Shown: positions 47,453 to 57,554 of the stretch, piece after piece | Position numbering within the stretch: the first letter of the stretch is position 1 | How the letters are laid out: every line of letters begins with the position of its first letter | Source of the DNA: an uncultured virus (IMG/VR IMGVR_UViG_3300033121_002345) | Taxonomy: Duplodnaviria; Heunggongvirae; Uroviricota; Caudoviricetes | Virus record (IMG/VR): IMGVR_UViG_3300033121_002345 | DNA length: 62,838 nt | Direction: 5' to 3' (one strand) | Translations under genes and position numbers: made by a program | Notes under the pieces: generated by a model | Told to the model about the DNA's origin: nothing | The model's database searches: none | What the model saw: only the letters and a program-made list of their open reading frames with translations

Positions 47453-47800
47453 ATGGGCACCCCCGTTGAGAAGTTCATTCGTGATGCTCACAAGCGCTAC
47501 AACGTAAAGTACGCGCTCACCAACGAAGCAATGCGCCGCATCCGCACCAAGCTGAAGCTGGCCGACATCGTTTCTGAAGTACAGGACGCCGATGTTCCGG
47601 TGGCTCTGGACATCATTCTTGCCGACTACGGCATGGCCAGCACGAACCTTCGTACTGCTGGCGTCACCAAGACAGCCAATCCGGCAATTCGCGCTGCGGG
47701 CGGTTGCCCCCGTTGCAGCCACGGAATGCAGTTCGTGCGCCTGGCCGAGTCGGACGAGGCTCGCTACTGCCCCAACTGCCACGTCTGCGTACCGGTGTGA
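47453..47800 (+). CDS. Zn-ribbon protein
   Basis: CPRC...YCPNC. Confidence 0.65.
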   Translation: MGTPVEKFIRDAHKRYNVKYALTNEAMRRIRTKLKLADIVSEVQDADVPVALDIILADYGMASTNLRTAGVTKTANPAIRAAGGCPRCSHGMQFVRLAESDEARYCPNCHVCVPV

Positions 47801-47803
47801 GTC

Positions 47804-48154
47804 ATGGACCGCAAAGAAGCCAAGACTCTCGTTGCGGAGCTTTGGCGAGCCGGTCATAAGGACGAGGCTCGGGCACTGGTACGCCTTGCACGCGGTCTCA
47901 GTCAAGACGACCGCAATCTCCAGTTCAAGATCTTCAACGACATCCTGAACGACATGGGTGTTGCTGACGCACGTCTCAACGTGGACGCCAAGAAGGGCAT
48001 GGCATCCTTCTACGTCAATGGGATGAGCATGGTCGAATTCCCCCGTTTTCTTGAGCGGTTCATGCGGAACCTCTACGAAAACGGTACCAGCCACAAGTAC
48101 AAGCTCGACCACATCGATCGTCGCGACCCGATGCAGGTCTTCGTGAAGATCTGA
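47804..48154 (+). CDS. Hypothetical protein
   Basis: 116 aa ORF in operon. Confidence 0.6.
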   Translation: MDRKEAKTLVAELWRAGHKDEARALVRLARGLSQDDRNLQFKIFNDILNDMGVADARLNVDAKKGMASFYVNGMSMVEFPRFLERFMRNLYENGTSHKYKLDHIDRRDPMQVFVKI

Positions 48155-48637
48155 ATGGAAGGCAACGGCGACAACCCTACTCCCTATCTGCCCTTTCTAC
48201 TGGGCAAGGAAGAGAAAGGTACGCCCGCGGACGGAACTCAGTCCATTGACGAAGCGTCGCAGGCCCGTGACACGAAGCTCACCCCGGACAACATGCTTGG
48301 CTACCCCGCCAAGGTTTCTGAGCTTCGTTTGCTGAAGCCTTACGCCGCAGATTTGCGGAGCCGCCTTGGCGACAAATGCTACGTGCTACAGTGTCGACCC
48401 CCGTTTTCTCTGGACTCGGTCCCGAACGAGTGGAAGCACCGCACGAGCCCCCTCTTGTGGGAGGTCAAGCTCCCGAATTCGCTGGGGTATGTCGCAGACA
48501 GTGACCTCAGCACCTTCTATTTCAAGTCCGAAGCGGATTCTGACCAGTTTGTCGGTAAAATGAACGAGTCTGATTCCGGACCCAGCCTGACCGAGCTGCT
48601 CAAGCAGCGCGACAGACTCAGAAAGCTTCTCGGGTAA
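48155..48637 (+). CDS. Hypothetical protein
   Basis: 160 aa ORF in operon. Confidence 0.6.
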   Translation: MEGNGDNPTPYLPFLLGKEEKGTPADGTQSIDEASQARDTKLTPDNMLGYPAKVSELRLLKPYAADLRSRLGDKCYVLQCRPPFSLDSVPNEWKHRTSPLLWEVKLPNSLGYVADSDLSTFYFKSEADSDQFVGKMNESDSGPSLTELLKQRDRLRKLLG

Positions 48638-48639
48638 TA

Positions 48640-51012
48640 ATGGGCTCAATCCGCTTCAACTTCGATAGAATCCGTACTGCTAGCCTGCGAAAGAAGGCTC
48701 TCGGACCTGGTGCAGGTCTGGGAGGCATTGGTGGGGGTGGCGGTGGTGGGGGCTTCGGGTTCGGAGGCGCATCTGGCGGCTTCGGATTCGGCAGCCCTGG
48801 CAGCCGCTTCTCGCACAACCGGTTCAATCCGGTTTACGACGACCTGTCAGAGGGCTCGATTATCGAGCAGTTCATGCCAGTCGACCCACGTCGACTGAAC
48901 AGAATCTGGCGTCGAATCAAGCTCCAAGACCCGGTTGCCGGACCTGCTATCGACCTTTACTCCGAGCTTCCCTGGTCTGAATTCCAGCTCATCGGAATCG
49001 AAGATCGCACCATCGCGCAGACCTACATGGATGCGCTCAACAACATCAATCTCACGGCTCACATGCCGGAGATTTCGTCTGAGTTCCTCTCGATGGGTAA
49101 GGTCATCGGCCACCTCATCATGGACGAGAGCCGAGGCATCTGGGAGCGCATGATCATCCACGATCCTGACTGGATTCGTGTGACGCCCATTCCGATTCCA
49201 GGCTTCCAGCCGAAACTCGACATCATCCCTACGCCTGACATGAGGGCGTGGGCACACTCGCAGGATCCGCGAGACATCGAAGCCCAGAAGGAAATCGGGG
49301 AGCTGGCAGAGATGATTCGTGCAGGCAAGGAGATTCCTCTGCCGCCTGAGAACACGTTCTACATTCCGCGGCGTACAGCGCCCTATGACGTGATCGGCGC
49401 GAGTGCGTACACGCGAATCATCATGTTCGTGGCCTACGAAAAGGCCCTTGTCAACGCTACAATCGCGGCCAGCCGTCGTCGCGCTTCGAGAATTCGACAC
49501 ATCACTGCTGGTATCGACGATGTGTGGGAGCCTTCGAAGGAAGAGCTGGACGACTACTCTTCGCTGTTCATGCAGGCAGACGAGGATCCCGTTGGAGCCA
49601 TCGTCGTAACTCGAACTGGCGTCACTGCGAATGAGGTTGGCGGTTCGTCTCCTCAGGACATCGTCAAGATCTCTGACGAGTGGCAGTTCCTGCTGCAGGG
49701 AAAGCTCAACGCTCTTGGCGTGAGCGAGGCCTTCCTCACTGGTGAGGCCACCTACAACACTCTCGAACAGCTCATGTCCGTCTTCCTTGAGAAGGTGAAG
49801 GCGCACCGGAAGTTCTTCGAGCACGCTCTGATCTACGAAAAGCTTCTCATGCCTCTGGCGAAGAACCACAACTTCGTCCATCGCAAGAAGGCTGAGTTGG
49901 ATCACCGCATCCGCATCGCTCAGGGCGAAAACGAGAAGCGCTACATCCTTCCGACGATTGCCTGGGAGAAGTCTCTCCGCCCCGTCGCAGACCGAGACTA
50001 CCTCGAAATCCTCCAGATGATGGAGGAGAAGGGCATTCCGGTCACAAAGAGGACGTGGACGTCTGCTGCCGGCTTCGACCTTGAGTCGGAGATGGAGCAG
50101 TTCGACGACGACCTTGAGACCACTCGTCAGCTCGCCGCCCAAAAGAAGAAGATCACCGCGATTGCCCCTGAAGCTGCAGGCGGCGGTGGCGGCGGACTTG
50201 GCGGCGGTGGTGGTCTTGGGGGAGGCGACATGGGTGGCCTTGGAGACCTCGGGGGCCTCGGAGGCGGCGACATGGGTGGCCTCGGGGGAATGGGAGACAT
50301 GGGCGGTGGCGCTGGCGGCGCAGGTGCCGGTCTCAATGACCTCGGCGGTGGTGCCGGTGGCGCTGGCGGTGCGGGTGGAGCAGGAGGCGGCGCTGGCGGT
50401 GCCGGAGGCCTGGAGCTTCCACAAATCGGTGCGGCTGTTCGTACGGCCGCTGCTCGTCACTACACCGAAGACCGCAAGACGCTGGATATGCTTCGGGCCC
50501 TGCCCATCTGGAACAAGAAGTCCGAATTCATGGGGGTCTCTTCTGACCAGGCCGAATTGGCCGCCCGTAGATTGCTGGACAGTGTAGGTGAGCGCCTGAC
50601 TCGAAATCTCACCAAGAGCGAGGCTCGCAGAGTACTGAGCACTGGAAACAATAGAAGAGACCAGGTACTTAGGTATATTCTGACGAGAATCGGTGTTATC
50701 CGTAACGCTGATATCACCCGAGCTGTCGCGATGGACATTCAGCGTGAACTTCAGTCAGTCTTGAAGGGAAATCCGAGGGTACTCGGAACGGAACTTCGTG
50801 CTGTACTCGCGTGCGTCAACGCGGGAGAAATGCAAGCGTCTCTCGAAGCCTCAAAGGACGACGACCTTCGCAAGTCGTTCTTCAAGAACAGTGAGTCCGT
50901 AGACCTCGGAGCAGACCTTACCCGGTTGGTAGGTTCTGAAAAGAGGCACGTCTCTGGGCGCAACCTACTCACTGGCTTCGTTCCCAACAAGAAGATGACC
51001 GAGGACGAATAA
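48640..51012 (+). CDS. Portal protein with Gly-rich linkers and C-terminal extension
   Basis: Position between terL and protease; AIDLYSE.P, ALGVSEAFL.GE..Y portal-like motifs. Confidence 0.75.
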   Translation: MGSIRFNFDRIRTASLRKKALGPGAGLGGIGGGGGGGGFGFGGASGGFGFGSPGSRFSHNRFNPVYDDLSEGSIIEQFMPVDPRRLNRIWRRIKLQDPVAGPAIDLYSELPWSEFQLIGIEDRTIAQTYMDALNNINLTAHMPEISSEFLSMGKVIGHLIMDESRGIWERMIIHDPDWIRVTPIPIPGFQPKLDIIPTPDMRAWAHSQDPRDIEAQKEIGELAEMIRAGKEIPLPPENTFYIPRRTAPYDVIGASAYTRIIMFVAYEKALVNATIAASRRRASRIRHITAGIDDVWEPSKEELDDYSSLFMQADEDPVGAIVVTRTGVTANEVGGSSPQDIVKISDEWQFLLQGKLNALGVSEAFLTGEATYNTLEQLMSVFLEKVKAHRKFFEHALIYEKLLMPLAKNHNFVHRKKAELDHRIRIAQGENEKRYILPTIAWEKSLRPVADRDYLEILQMMEEKGIPVTKRTWTSAAGFDLESEMEQFDDDLETTRQLAAQKKKITAIAPEAAGGGGGGLGGGGGLGGGDMGGLGDLGGLGGGDMGGLGGMGDMGGGAGGAGAGLNDLGGGAGGAGGAGGAGGGAGGAGGLELPQIGAAVRTAAARHYTEDRKTLDMLRALPIWNKKSEFMGVSSDQAELAARRLLDSVGERLTRNLTKSEARRVLSTGNNRRDQVLRYILTRIGVIRNADITRAVAMDIQRELQSVLKGNPRVLGTELRAVLACVNAGEMQASLEASKDDDLRKSFFKNSESVDLGADLTRLVGSEKRHVSGRNLLTGFVPNKKMTEDE
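50176..50412 (+). repeat. Gly-rich low-complexity repeats (GGL/GGDM/GGA) in portal
   Basis: Direct reading. Confidence 0.85.
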
Positions 51013-51749
51013 TGCTGAAGCTTGGAGAAGCCGCTTTTGACACTCGTGTCTTCGAGGGAATCTCTTGCGAGACCCGCAGAGACGCTGCCACAGGCAAGCT
51101 CCGAGTCGCCTCGGAGAACATCCTCAACAAGACACGCGACCTGGACATCTCGTGGCTGCCCATGGCGGCCGAACAGTACCAGATCAGCGCCGACATCCGC
51201 GACTACATCATCAACGAGATTCCGATCGTCACGGTGGGGTGCCCCAACCGTAACCTTGACGAATTTCCGTACGATGAGGTAACGTCGTTCAACCCCGAGC
51301 TGGGTCGTCTCGTCTATCAGACGTTCATCGGCAAGCCCACGCACATGGACCACGACAACCGTGATCCGCGTAAGGCGAAGGGCGTCCACTTCGATTCTTC
51401 GCTCCAGAAGATGGCCGATGGTCGCTACAAGATCGTCGTCCTTGCTGGCTGGGACCGTACCAAGGACCGCGACCTTGCTGCGTCGATTCTTCGACGTGAC
51501 CGCACTGGGTTCTCCATGGGCGCGCTCGTCAGCTACACGCAGTGCAGCTACCCGAACTGCGACGCTGTTTCGCCGAACGGAAAGATTGCGTGCCGCCACC
51601 AGGAGTACGGCCGTGGAAAGGGCCGGATCCTCGAAGGCCACCTGATCTACGAACGCTGCTACCGCGTGAACTTCATCGAGACGTCTTCGGTCGCAGACCC
51701 TGCCGACCATACTGCGCACGATCGCTGGGTGAAGCCCTACTCCTTCTGA
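51012..51749 (+). CDS. Prohead maturation protease
   Basis: PNRN.D.F, FIGKP.H.DH, GFSMG, C..C, FIETS.V.DPA. Confidence 0.82.
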   Translation: MLKLGEAAFDTRVFEGISCETRRDAATGKLRVASENILNKTRDLDISWLPMAAEQYQISADIRDYIINEIPIVTVGCPNRNLDEFPYDEVTSFNPELGRLVYQTFIGKPTHMDHDNRDPRKAKGVHFDSSLQKMADGRYKIVVLAGWDRTKDRDLAASILRRDRTGFSMGALVSYTQCSYPNCDAVSPNGKIACRHQEYGRGKGRILEGHLIYERCYRVNFIETSSVADPADHTAHDRWVKPYSF

Positions 51750-51754
51750 ACCTT

Positions 51755-52654
51755 ATGGCCGCTGCAACAAAAGTTGCTGATCTGAAGAGGCGCGTCCGCA
51801 AGATTGCGGCTGATGCGCTTCCTGGATTTGCCCATGCACCCACTGGATTCAGTGGTCCTGGGACAGGTCCCGGCCGCAGGAAGAGTCAGCCCCCGGCAGA
51901 ACAGCCGAAGGACCCCAAGCAGCAGGCTATTCTGCGGGCGGCAGAGGCTCTCGACGAACATCTTCAGTTGGTGTTGACCACCACGAATATGATCGAAGCT
52001 CCAGTCAAGACCACCCTGAATGCGGTCCTGCAGGCGGCCAAGCAACTGGGTGACCCTCAGATGGAGCAAAAGGCTGCTCAGAAGTTCCAGAGGATCTTCG
52101 GAGAGATGCTTAGCGCCATCGAAGTCATCCGGACGAATCTAGCCCCAATCGTCCACGAGACGACGGCAATTCGTGGGGAAGATAAGGTTCTCGATTCTCG
52201 GGGTGCTAAGAACCTCGTCGATGCTCTCGGTGCAGCTCTACCTGTTGTTCGTGCTGCCTTCAAGTCTATTGATCCGAAGAGCCACGAGTCTGCCGTAGAG
52301 CAGGAAATTCAAAAGCAGGGCCACTTCCTGACTCAGATCAAGAAGGTCATGTCTTCTGCAGGAACCGAGAATCCTCAGACGCAAGCAAAGCTTCAGGCGG
52401 CTGTTCGGGGAGCTGAGTTCTACCTGGTCAACCTTCAAAAGCTCGCAGACCCTGAGTTCGCAGACCGCGTTCAGACGAACGTCGACCGGTCTATGACGCA
52501 GCACATTCCTGCTGCAATCCAGGCCGCTAAGGCCCTAGCCAAGGAGTTTGGAGCGACCGAAAAGGCCGCGTCCATCCAGCAGATTCAAAAAAGACTGCAC
52601 ACGGTAGCTAAACGGATCGTCTTACTCTCATATTTACGAAGCAAGTCATTGTGA
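51755..52654 (+). CDS. Hypothetical head-associated helical protein
   Basis: ATG at 51755 just after protease stop. Confidence 0.65.
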   Translation: MAAATKVADLKRRVRKIAADALPGFAHAPTGFSGPGTGPGRRKSQPPAEQPKDPKQQAILRAAEALDEHLQLVLTTTNMIEAPVKTTLNAVLQAAKQLGDPQMEQKAAQKFQRIFGEMLSAIEVIRTNLAPIVHETTAIRGEDKVLDSRGAKNLVDALGAALPVVRAAFKSIDPKSHESAVEQEIQKQGHFLTQIKKVMSSAGTENPQTQAKLQAAVRGAEFYLVNLQKLADPEFADRVQTNVDRSMTQHIPAAIQAAKALAKEFGATEKAASIQQIQKRLHTVAKRIVLLSYLRSKSL

Positions 52655-52727
52655 CCCGGATTTGAACATTGGTGTTCATCTCCCTCGCCACTTGCTCTAG
52701 AAGGCCCAACCGAAAGGTACCTCAAAA

Positions 52728-53690
52728 ATGGCAAAGTACGATGCAGCAGCCTTAAGAGCAGCCCGTCAGAAGCGTCTCGCGGAACGCCAGACCGCACCCG
52801 CTGCTGAAGGCAACAAGTCTGATTCGAAGTCTACTGACGAGAAGCGCACCGCCGCCCCGGCTGCAGCCCCTGCTGCTGCAGTTCCGGCCACTATGGCGTC
52901 TCCGGTGATCGATCCCACCCTGGTTCCCAAGACCGCTAACGTCGATCTCTTCCTCTACGGGGCAGAGACCGAGAGCCCCCACTGGGTGGTTCTGGCAAGT
53001 GGTCGTCCTGTCGCCGAGATTCGTCTCGACGATCAGGAGGAGCCGCAGAAGATCGCGAAGCTCTTCGTCACTGAGAAGTATGCCGAAGGTGTTCGTGAAG
53101 CAGCCAAGTCCTTCGACTTCGCTGAGGTGCTGGCAGGCGTTCGCGCCCGTCCGTACGTCGCGTCTGTCGCAGGAAACGATGCGTTCAAGCGCATCGAGGC
53201 CGCTGCGAAGGAAGCCGCCAAGACCGAACTCAAGAAGGCCAAGGCAGCTCTTCGCGACGACGCACTGAACATGCTTAACCTGGTCGTGGTCGCCCAGACC
53301 AAGAATTTCATCTCCGAGAACGTGCTCAAGTCCGAGCTGTTCGCGCGGATGAAGGACGCGGGCATCGTCGACCGTCAGGCTGTCGCAATCATTGAAGCGG
53401 CTTATCAGGCAAAGGCTCCCGAGCACTTCGAGAACTGCTTCAAGCAGGCCTTCAAGTGGATGGACCTCCAGCCGGAGGCTCTCTCGGAGCTGGAAGAGCA
53501 GATCAAGGGTCTGGCCCACCGTACTCCGCATGTTGCTGAGTCGGAGGAAATTCCCTCCGCCCGATCTGCTTCTAGCGCAATGCACAACATCCCGCTGGAG
53601 ACTCGCTCCGCTTCGTTCTCGGAAGAGGGCGACGGAAAGAGCGCTCTGCGTGACTCGTTGGGCTTCCGTCGGCGGATGCACACTCGCTAA
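52728..53690 (+). CDS. Putative capsid scaffolding protein
   Basis: Ala/Glu/Lys-rich helical protein between protease and capsid genes. Confidence 0.55.
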   Translation: MAKYDAAALRAARQKRLAERQTAPAAEGNKSDSKSTDEKRTAAPAAAPAAAVPATMASPVIDPTLVPKTANVDLFLYGAETESPHWVVLASGRPVAEIRLDDQEEPQKIAKLFVTEKYAEGVREAAKSFDFAEVLAGVRARPYVASVAGNDAFKRIEAAAKEAAKTELKKAKAALRDDALNMLNLVVVAQTKNFISENVLKSELFARMKDAGIVDRQAVAIIEAAYQAKAPEHFENCFKQAFKWMDLQPEALSELEEQIKGLAHRTPHVAESEEIPSARSASSAMHNIPLETRSASFSEEGDGKSALRDSLGFRRRMHTR

Positions 53691-53712
53691 CCCTTAGAGG
53701 GAGAAATCACAA

Positions 53713-54423
53713 ATGGCATTCGATCTCAATCGCTCCTACTTCAACGACCTCCGCGAGCGTGCAGTCGCTCCGGCAGCCTCGATCACCGAGGAAGGTCAGC
53801 TCCTGATGTACGTCGACGCTGGCGACGGCACCCTCGCGGTGCAGCCGTCTGCAGGCGCTGCATCTGATCGCGTTGCTGGCTTCGCCATCACCGACGCTCT
53901 CAAGTACGTGACCCAGACCGCGGTCGAAGTGCTTACCGTCCCCGCGGGCGGTGGCGCTGTGTCGCTGCGTCAGAACAACCTCGTCGCCTCCGCCCTGCGC
54001 GCTGTCGGCTCGGTCTCTGGTGCACTGACCCCCGTTGCTGGCGCTCCGGCTGCTGGTGAGGTTCAGGTTGCTCTGGTAACAGGCATTCTGACTTTCAACG
54101 CGGCTCAGGCTGGCGAGACCGTCACGGTCACCTACCGCTACACCCCCACCCTCGACGAGGCTCTGGCCACCTGGCACGAGCGCTCCGTCAACAACCGCGC
54201 CCAGGACTACTTCAGCTCTGTCAGCGTCGGTGGTCTTGAGGGCGAGATCTTCACCACGATGTACGACACCACGCTGGCCTATGCGGTTGGCGGACTTGTC
54301 TACTCCGGTGCAGGTGGCCTCGTGACGTCCTCGGCGGCCTCCACGGTCGTCATCGGAATCGTCTCGCAGGTTCCGTCGGTTGCCGACGGCAAGCTGGGCG
54401 TGAAGTTCGCGGGTCTCCGCTGA
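53713..54423 (+). CDS. Putative head decoration/cement protein
   Basis: Beta-rich, strong RBS and codon bias, upstream of MCP. Confidence 0.6.
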   Translation: MAFDLNRSYFNDLRERAVAPAASITEEGQLLMYVDAGDGTLAVQPSAGAASDRVAGFAITDALKYVTQTAVEVLTVPAGGGAVSLRQNNLVASALRAVGSVSGALTPVAGAPAAGEVQVALVTGILTFNAAQAGETVTVTYRYTPTLDEALATWHERSVNNRAQDYFSSVSVGGLEGEIFTTMYDTTLAYAVGGLVYSGAGGLVTSSAASTVVIGIVSQVPSVADGKLGVKFAGLR

Positions 54424-54448
54424 GCTAGCTGCCTTCTAGGCGTGAAAT

Positions 54449-54483
54449 AGAGCCCGGTGATTCGTCACCGGGCTCTTTCATTT
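54449..54483 (+). terminator. Intrinsic terminator
   Basis: AGAGCCCGGTGA-TTCG-TCACCGGGCTCT-TTCATTT. Confidence 0.85.
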
Positions 54484-54529
54484 AAGGTCCGGTCTTTGAA
54501 TCTCCTCTTTCGGGAGGTATTTCTTCAGC

Positions 54530-54823
54530 ATGACGACGATCACAATTCCTCCTAGCCTGGGATACGACCATCCTCCTGACGGCTTCGATCAACTTGATTT
54601 CGTCTCTGGCCCTCAGCAGAAGGGCTACATCTCCGCCACCACCGTGGCGCCGGCTAATCTCTCGGTCTCTGGAACTGCCTCGTACGACGATGGTTCCACA
54701 GAGGTAGCGCTGCCTTTGGTTCCGGCTCTTCGCCCTTTCCACAACGCAGCCCTTCACGTGGTCGGCAGACCTTTCGTGGATGCAATTCCTCTGATTGACC
54801 GTCGAGTTCAGCGCTTCCTGTAA
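54530..54823 (+). CDS. Hypothetical protein
   Basis: 97 aa, GGAGG RBS. Confidence 0.6.
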   Translation: MTTITIPPSLGYDHPPDGFDQLDFVSGPQQKGYISATTVAPANLSVSGTASYDDGSTEVALPLVPALRPFHNAALHVVGRPFVDAIPLIDRRVQRFL

Positions 54824-55035
54824 CTTTTCCTGGATCACAGAGATTAGACTTCTCGAAGTTTACCTCTTATGTGATTCGTGATTCGAAACAGTCTCACCTG
54901 GTACGCCACCAGGACCAAACAGAAGCTAGTATCAGTTCGACTTCAGGAGATAGGGCCTCCTCCCAACAAAAGCTCGAAGAAGAATTAGTTGAGAGTGTCA
55001 AACCCAAACCCTTCTACTCGAAACGAGTAATGAAA

Positions 55036-56169
55036 ATGTCGAACCCCTACGCTTCTGGTCCCGGCGTCAAGGTCATGCGCAGCGCGCCTGACGTTCCGGC
55101 AACTTCTGAGGATGGCATCCGTGGTGGTGTCCGCCTCGCTGGTGGCCGCACCCAGCTTTCGAACGGCCCCGCATTCGGTCGCAACGGAGAGCTGAACGCT
55201 TCTTCGAAGCGCGAGCTGATGCAGGTCATCGGCAACGTCCTCAGCCAGGCTCGTGAGAGCGTTGCTCCCCAGCAGCGCCACGCGACTGCTGAGGAGTCGC
55301 AGCAGCGCCTCGCTCACCTTCGTGAGGCCTACTACGACAAGTCCGGCACCAAGTTCCAGGTTCTCGGTGAGGTCATCTCCGAGGAAATCTGGGAGACGCT
55401 TGGTCGCGAGGGCTTCTCTCGCCGCCTCCTCTCGGTCATGCCCCTCGCAAAGGGTCAGACTGGCCGAGTGAAGGTTCGTCGTAAGGACGTGGTCGCCTTC
55501 CAGATCACGACCGACGTCAAGGTCCAGGAACAGCGCATCCGCCAGCCGTGGGTGTACCCGCCCGAGTTCTACCTCGCAGCTCACATCCTCATCGAGGACA
55601 AGGAGATCGAGCAGGCTTCGACGGACATCCTCGACGAGAAGTTCCAGGACGGTCTTGAGGCAATTCTTCGTCGCGAAGACCTCATCACCCGCGCCCTCCT
55701 GAACCGTGCAGCCACCACGTTCAACGACCTGGTGCTCTTCACGACCTTCAACCCGTCGGTTCTCACCACCCTGCGTACGCAGGTCAACCGGTGGGGTACG
55801 CCGGCCGCAACGATGGTCATCGCCTGGGACATCTGGGACGACATCATCGCCGACGCCGACTTCGTGGCTTGGTGGGATCAGGTCCACAAGCACGAGCTGA
55901 TCCTTGAGGGTCGCCTCGGCTCCATGCTCGGCATGGAGATCATCACGGACGGTTACCGCTACGAGACCTTGCAGGTTCTTCAGCCTGGTGAGGTTTACGT
56001 GACGGCTTCGCCCGTGACCCTCGGCACCATCACTCAGCGTAAGGAGCTGGACTCCCGCGCCATCGACCAGTACAACATCGGCCGCCCGGCCCGTGGCTGG
56101 TTCATGGAGCAGATCCAGGGCCAGGTCATCGTGAACGGCCGCGCCGTGAACCGTGGCGTCCGCGTCTGA
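55036..56169 (+). CDS. Major capsid protein (HK97-like)
   Basis: Position, strong codon bias, REGF.RR.L, P.F, EDL, G.LG..LGM.I; ATG 55030 or 55036. Confidence 0.8.
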   Translation: MSNPYASGPGVKVMRSAPDVPATSEDGIRGGVRLAGGRTQLSNGPAFGRNGELNASSKRELMQVIGNVLSQARESVAPQQRHATAEESQQRLAHLREAYYDKSGTKFQVLGEVISEEIWETLGREGFSRRLLSVMPLAKGQTGRVKVRRKDVVAFQITTDVKVQEQRIRQPWVYPPEFYLAAHILIEDKEIEQASTDILDEKFQDGLEAILRREDLITRALLNRAATTFNDLVLFTTFNPSVLTTLRTQVNRWGTPAATMVIAWDIWDDIIADADFVAWWDQVHKHELILEGRLGSMLGMEIITDGYRYETLQVLQPGEVYVTASPVTLGTITQRKELDSRAIDQYNIGRPARGWFMEQIQGQVIVNGRAVNRGVRV

Positions 56170-56199
56170 GCAAGCCTGAGGAGCTAAATCCTCGATCGT

Positions 56200-56242
56200 A
56201 GCGGGGGTGCAGAGTTCGTCTCTGCGCTCCCGCTTCGTATTT
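56200..56242 (+). terminator. Intrinsic terminator after MCP
   Basis: AGCGGGGGTGCAGAG/CTCTGCGCTCCCGCT stem then TCGTATTT. Confidence 0.7.
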
Positions 56243-56264
56243 AGGGTCTCAGAGGAGTCTGAGA

Positions 56265-56534
56265 TTGATGCGCTTCGCTCTAAAGGCCCGAATCCTCAGG
56301 GTAGCCGATCAGGTTGCGGTCCTCAGTCATTTCGCCGAGTTGGTGAAGGCTATGACTGGCCTCTCTGATGCGTGGAGTGCTTCATCCGCTGACATGAAGC
56401 GAGGACTCGAAACTCACGATGTCGACTTGCTCTCCAAGGCTATCTTGGAAAATCGTAAGCAGGCTGAACAGATGAGCTTTGTCCTCCGCAGGTACGAGAG
56501 GATCATGTCAAACCTGAAAGAGAAGGACAAATGA
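56265..56534 (+). CDS. Hypothetical protein
   Basis: 89 aa, GAGGAG RBS. Confidence 0.6.
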   Translation: MMRFALKARILRVADQVAVLSHFAELVKAMTGLSDAWSASSADMKRGLETHDVDLLSKAILENRKQAEQMSFVLRRYERIMSNLKEKDK

Positions 56535-56890
56535 GACCTGATCTACAGACACGCTTCATGGCAGTAGCCCAGAACCTGGACCGCCTGGAGCAGATTCGCG
56601 GTCTCGTAGAAGACCGCGAGAACACGTCACCTCGGTCGCTGATCGCATCCGCCGCTGTTGCGGGAGCTGAATTTCTCGCTGCAGCCACGGGGCATCGAGA
56701 CGATAGCGCGGTCATTCACCGCGCATACGAGGAAATCTTTGCGGCTCTGGAAGGCAGCGAAGCAATCAACGAGATGTTCACAGCAGACAAGCTGGCCTCC
56801 ACAGAGCGGACGGCAAGGTGTTCGTCGGCGGTAAGCCGACTTCAGCAATTCCGCCGCAAGCTCGCGGCCATGGGAGGCGAAGATGCATGA
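56531..56890 (+). CDS. Hypothetical protein
   Basis: 119 aa, ATGA overlap. Confidence 0.6.
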   Translation: MRPDLQTRFMAVAQNLDRLEQIRGLVEDRENTSPRSLIASAAVAGAEFLAAATGHRDDSAVIHRAYEEIFAALEGSEAINEMFTADKLASTERTARCSSAVSRLQQFRRKLAAMGGEDA

Positions 56891-57551
56891 AATCGTAGAG
56901 CGAATCATGCTGCTCGCGGCGCCCAAGAAGAAGGCTGAGCGCAAGTATACCAAGGACGCGGAGAACGCATTCGATGAGTTGATGGTTCACTTCGTCGAAG
57001 GCAGCGATTACACGAAGAATGATCGTGCCTTCCGCCTTCTCATGCGCCTTCGCAAGGCACTCGAAGCTGAGGGCTACGCCTTCAGGGAAAAGGTGATGCC
57101 CGCAGGCCCGTCGTCTAGTACTTCGCTCCCGAAGGGTACATCCACCGGAAAGACGAAGCATCTGGTCTATTCTGGAGCCACGTGTACACTCCTCAAGGCC
57201 AAGCCGCCTACGGGTCTGGATCTAAAGGCGACAGTCAAACTGATGGAGTACGTGGGGAGCAAGCAGTGCTACCAGTACACTATCAGGCCGTGCTCCGACG
57301 ACGCATGCCGTAAGAACGGGGTGAACGTCTCTCTGCCGAAGCCTCTCACCTGGGCAAAGCTGGAGAATTACGGCTTGACCCGCGAGCCCATCGTCACAAA
57401 TGACGGTCGGACTCTTATGGAGGAGTTCACGGTGGATGGCATTACTGCGTGGTCCTTGGACCGCCAGACCTTCTACATCGCGAATCCAGGCATGTGCCGC
57501 CGTTGGATGGATGGCCTCGACCGCATCGCAGACGACGCAATCAACAGGTGA
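56883..57551 (+). CDS. Hypothetical protein
   Basis: 222 aa in operon. Confidence 0.6.
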   Translation: MHEIVERIMLLAAPKKKAERKYTKDAENAFDELMVHFVEGSDYTKNDRAFRLLMRLRKALEAEGYAFREKVMPAGPSSSTSLPKGTSTGKTKHLVYSGATCTLLKAKPPTGLDLKATVKLMEYVGSKQCYQYTIRPCSDDACRKNGVNVSLPKPLTWAKLENYGLTREPIVTNDGRTLMEEFTVDGITAWSLDRQTFYIANPGMCRRWMDGLDRIADDAINR

Positions 57552-57554
57552 ACC

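Noticed and set aside
45513..50460. Long antisense ORFs (553 aa, 537 aa) and similar shadows elsewhere
   Set aside because: They mirror terL and portal; expected from GC-rich codon bias and show no protein motifs
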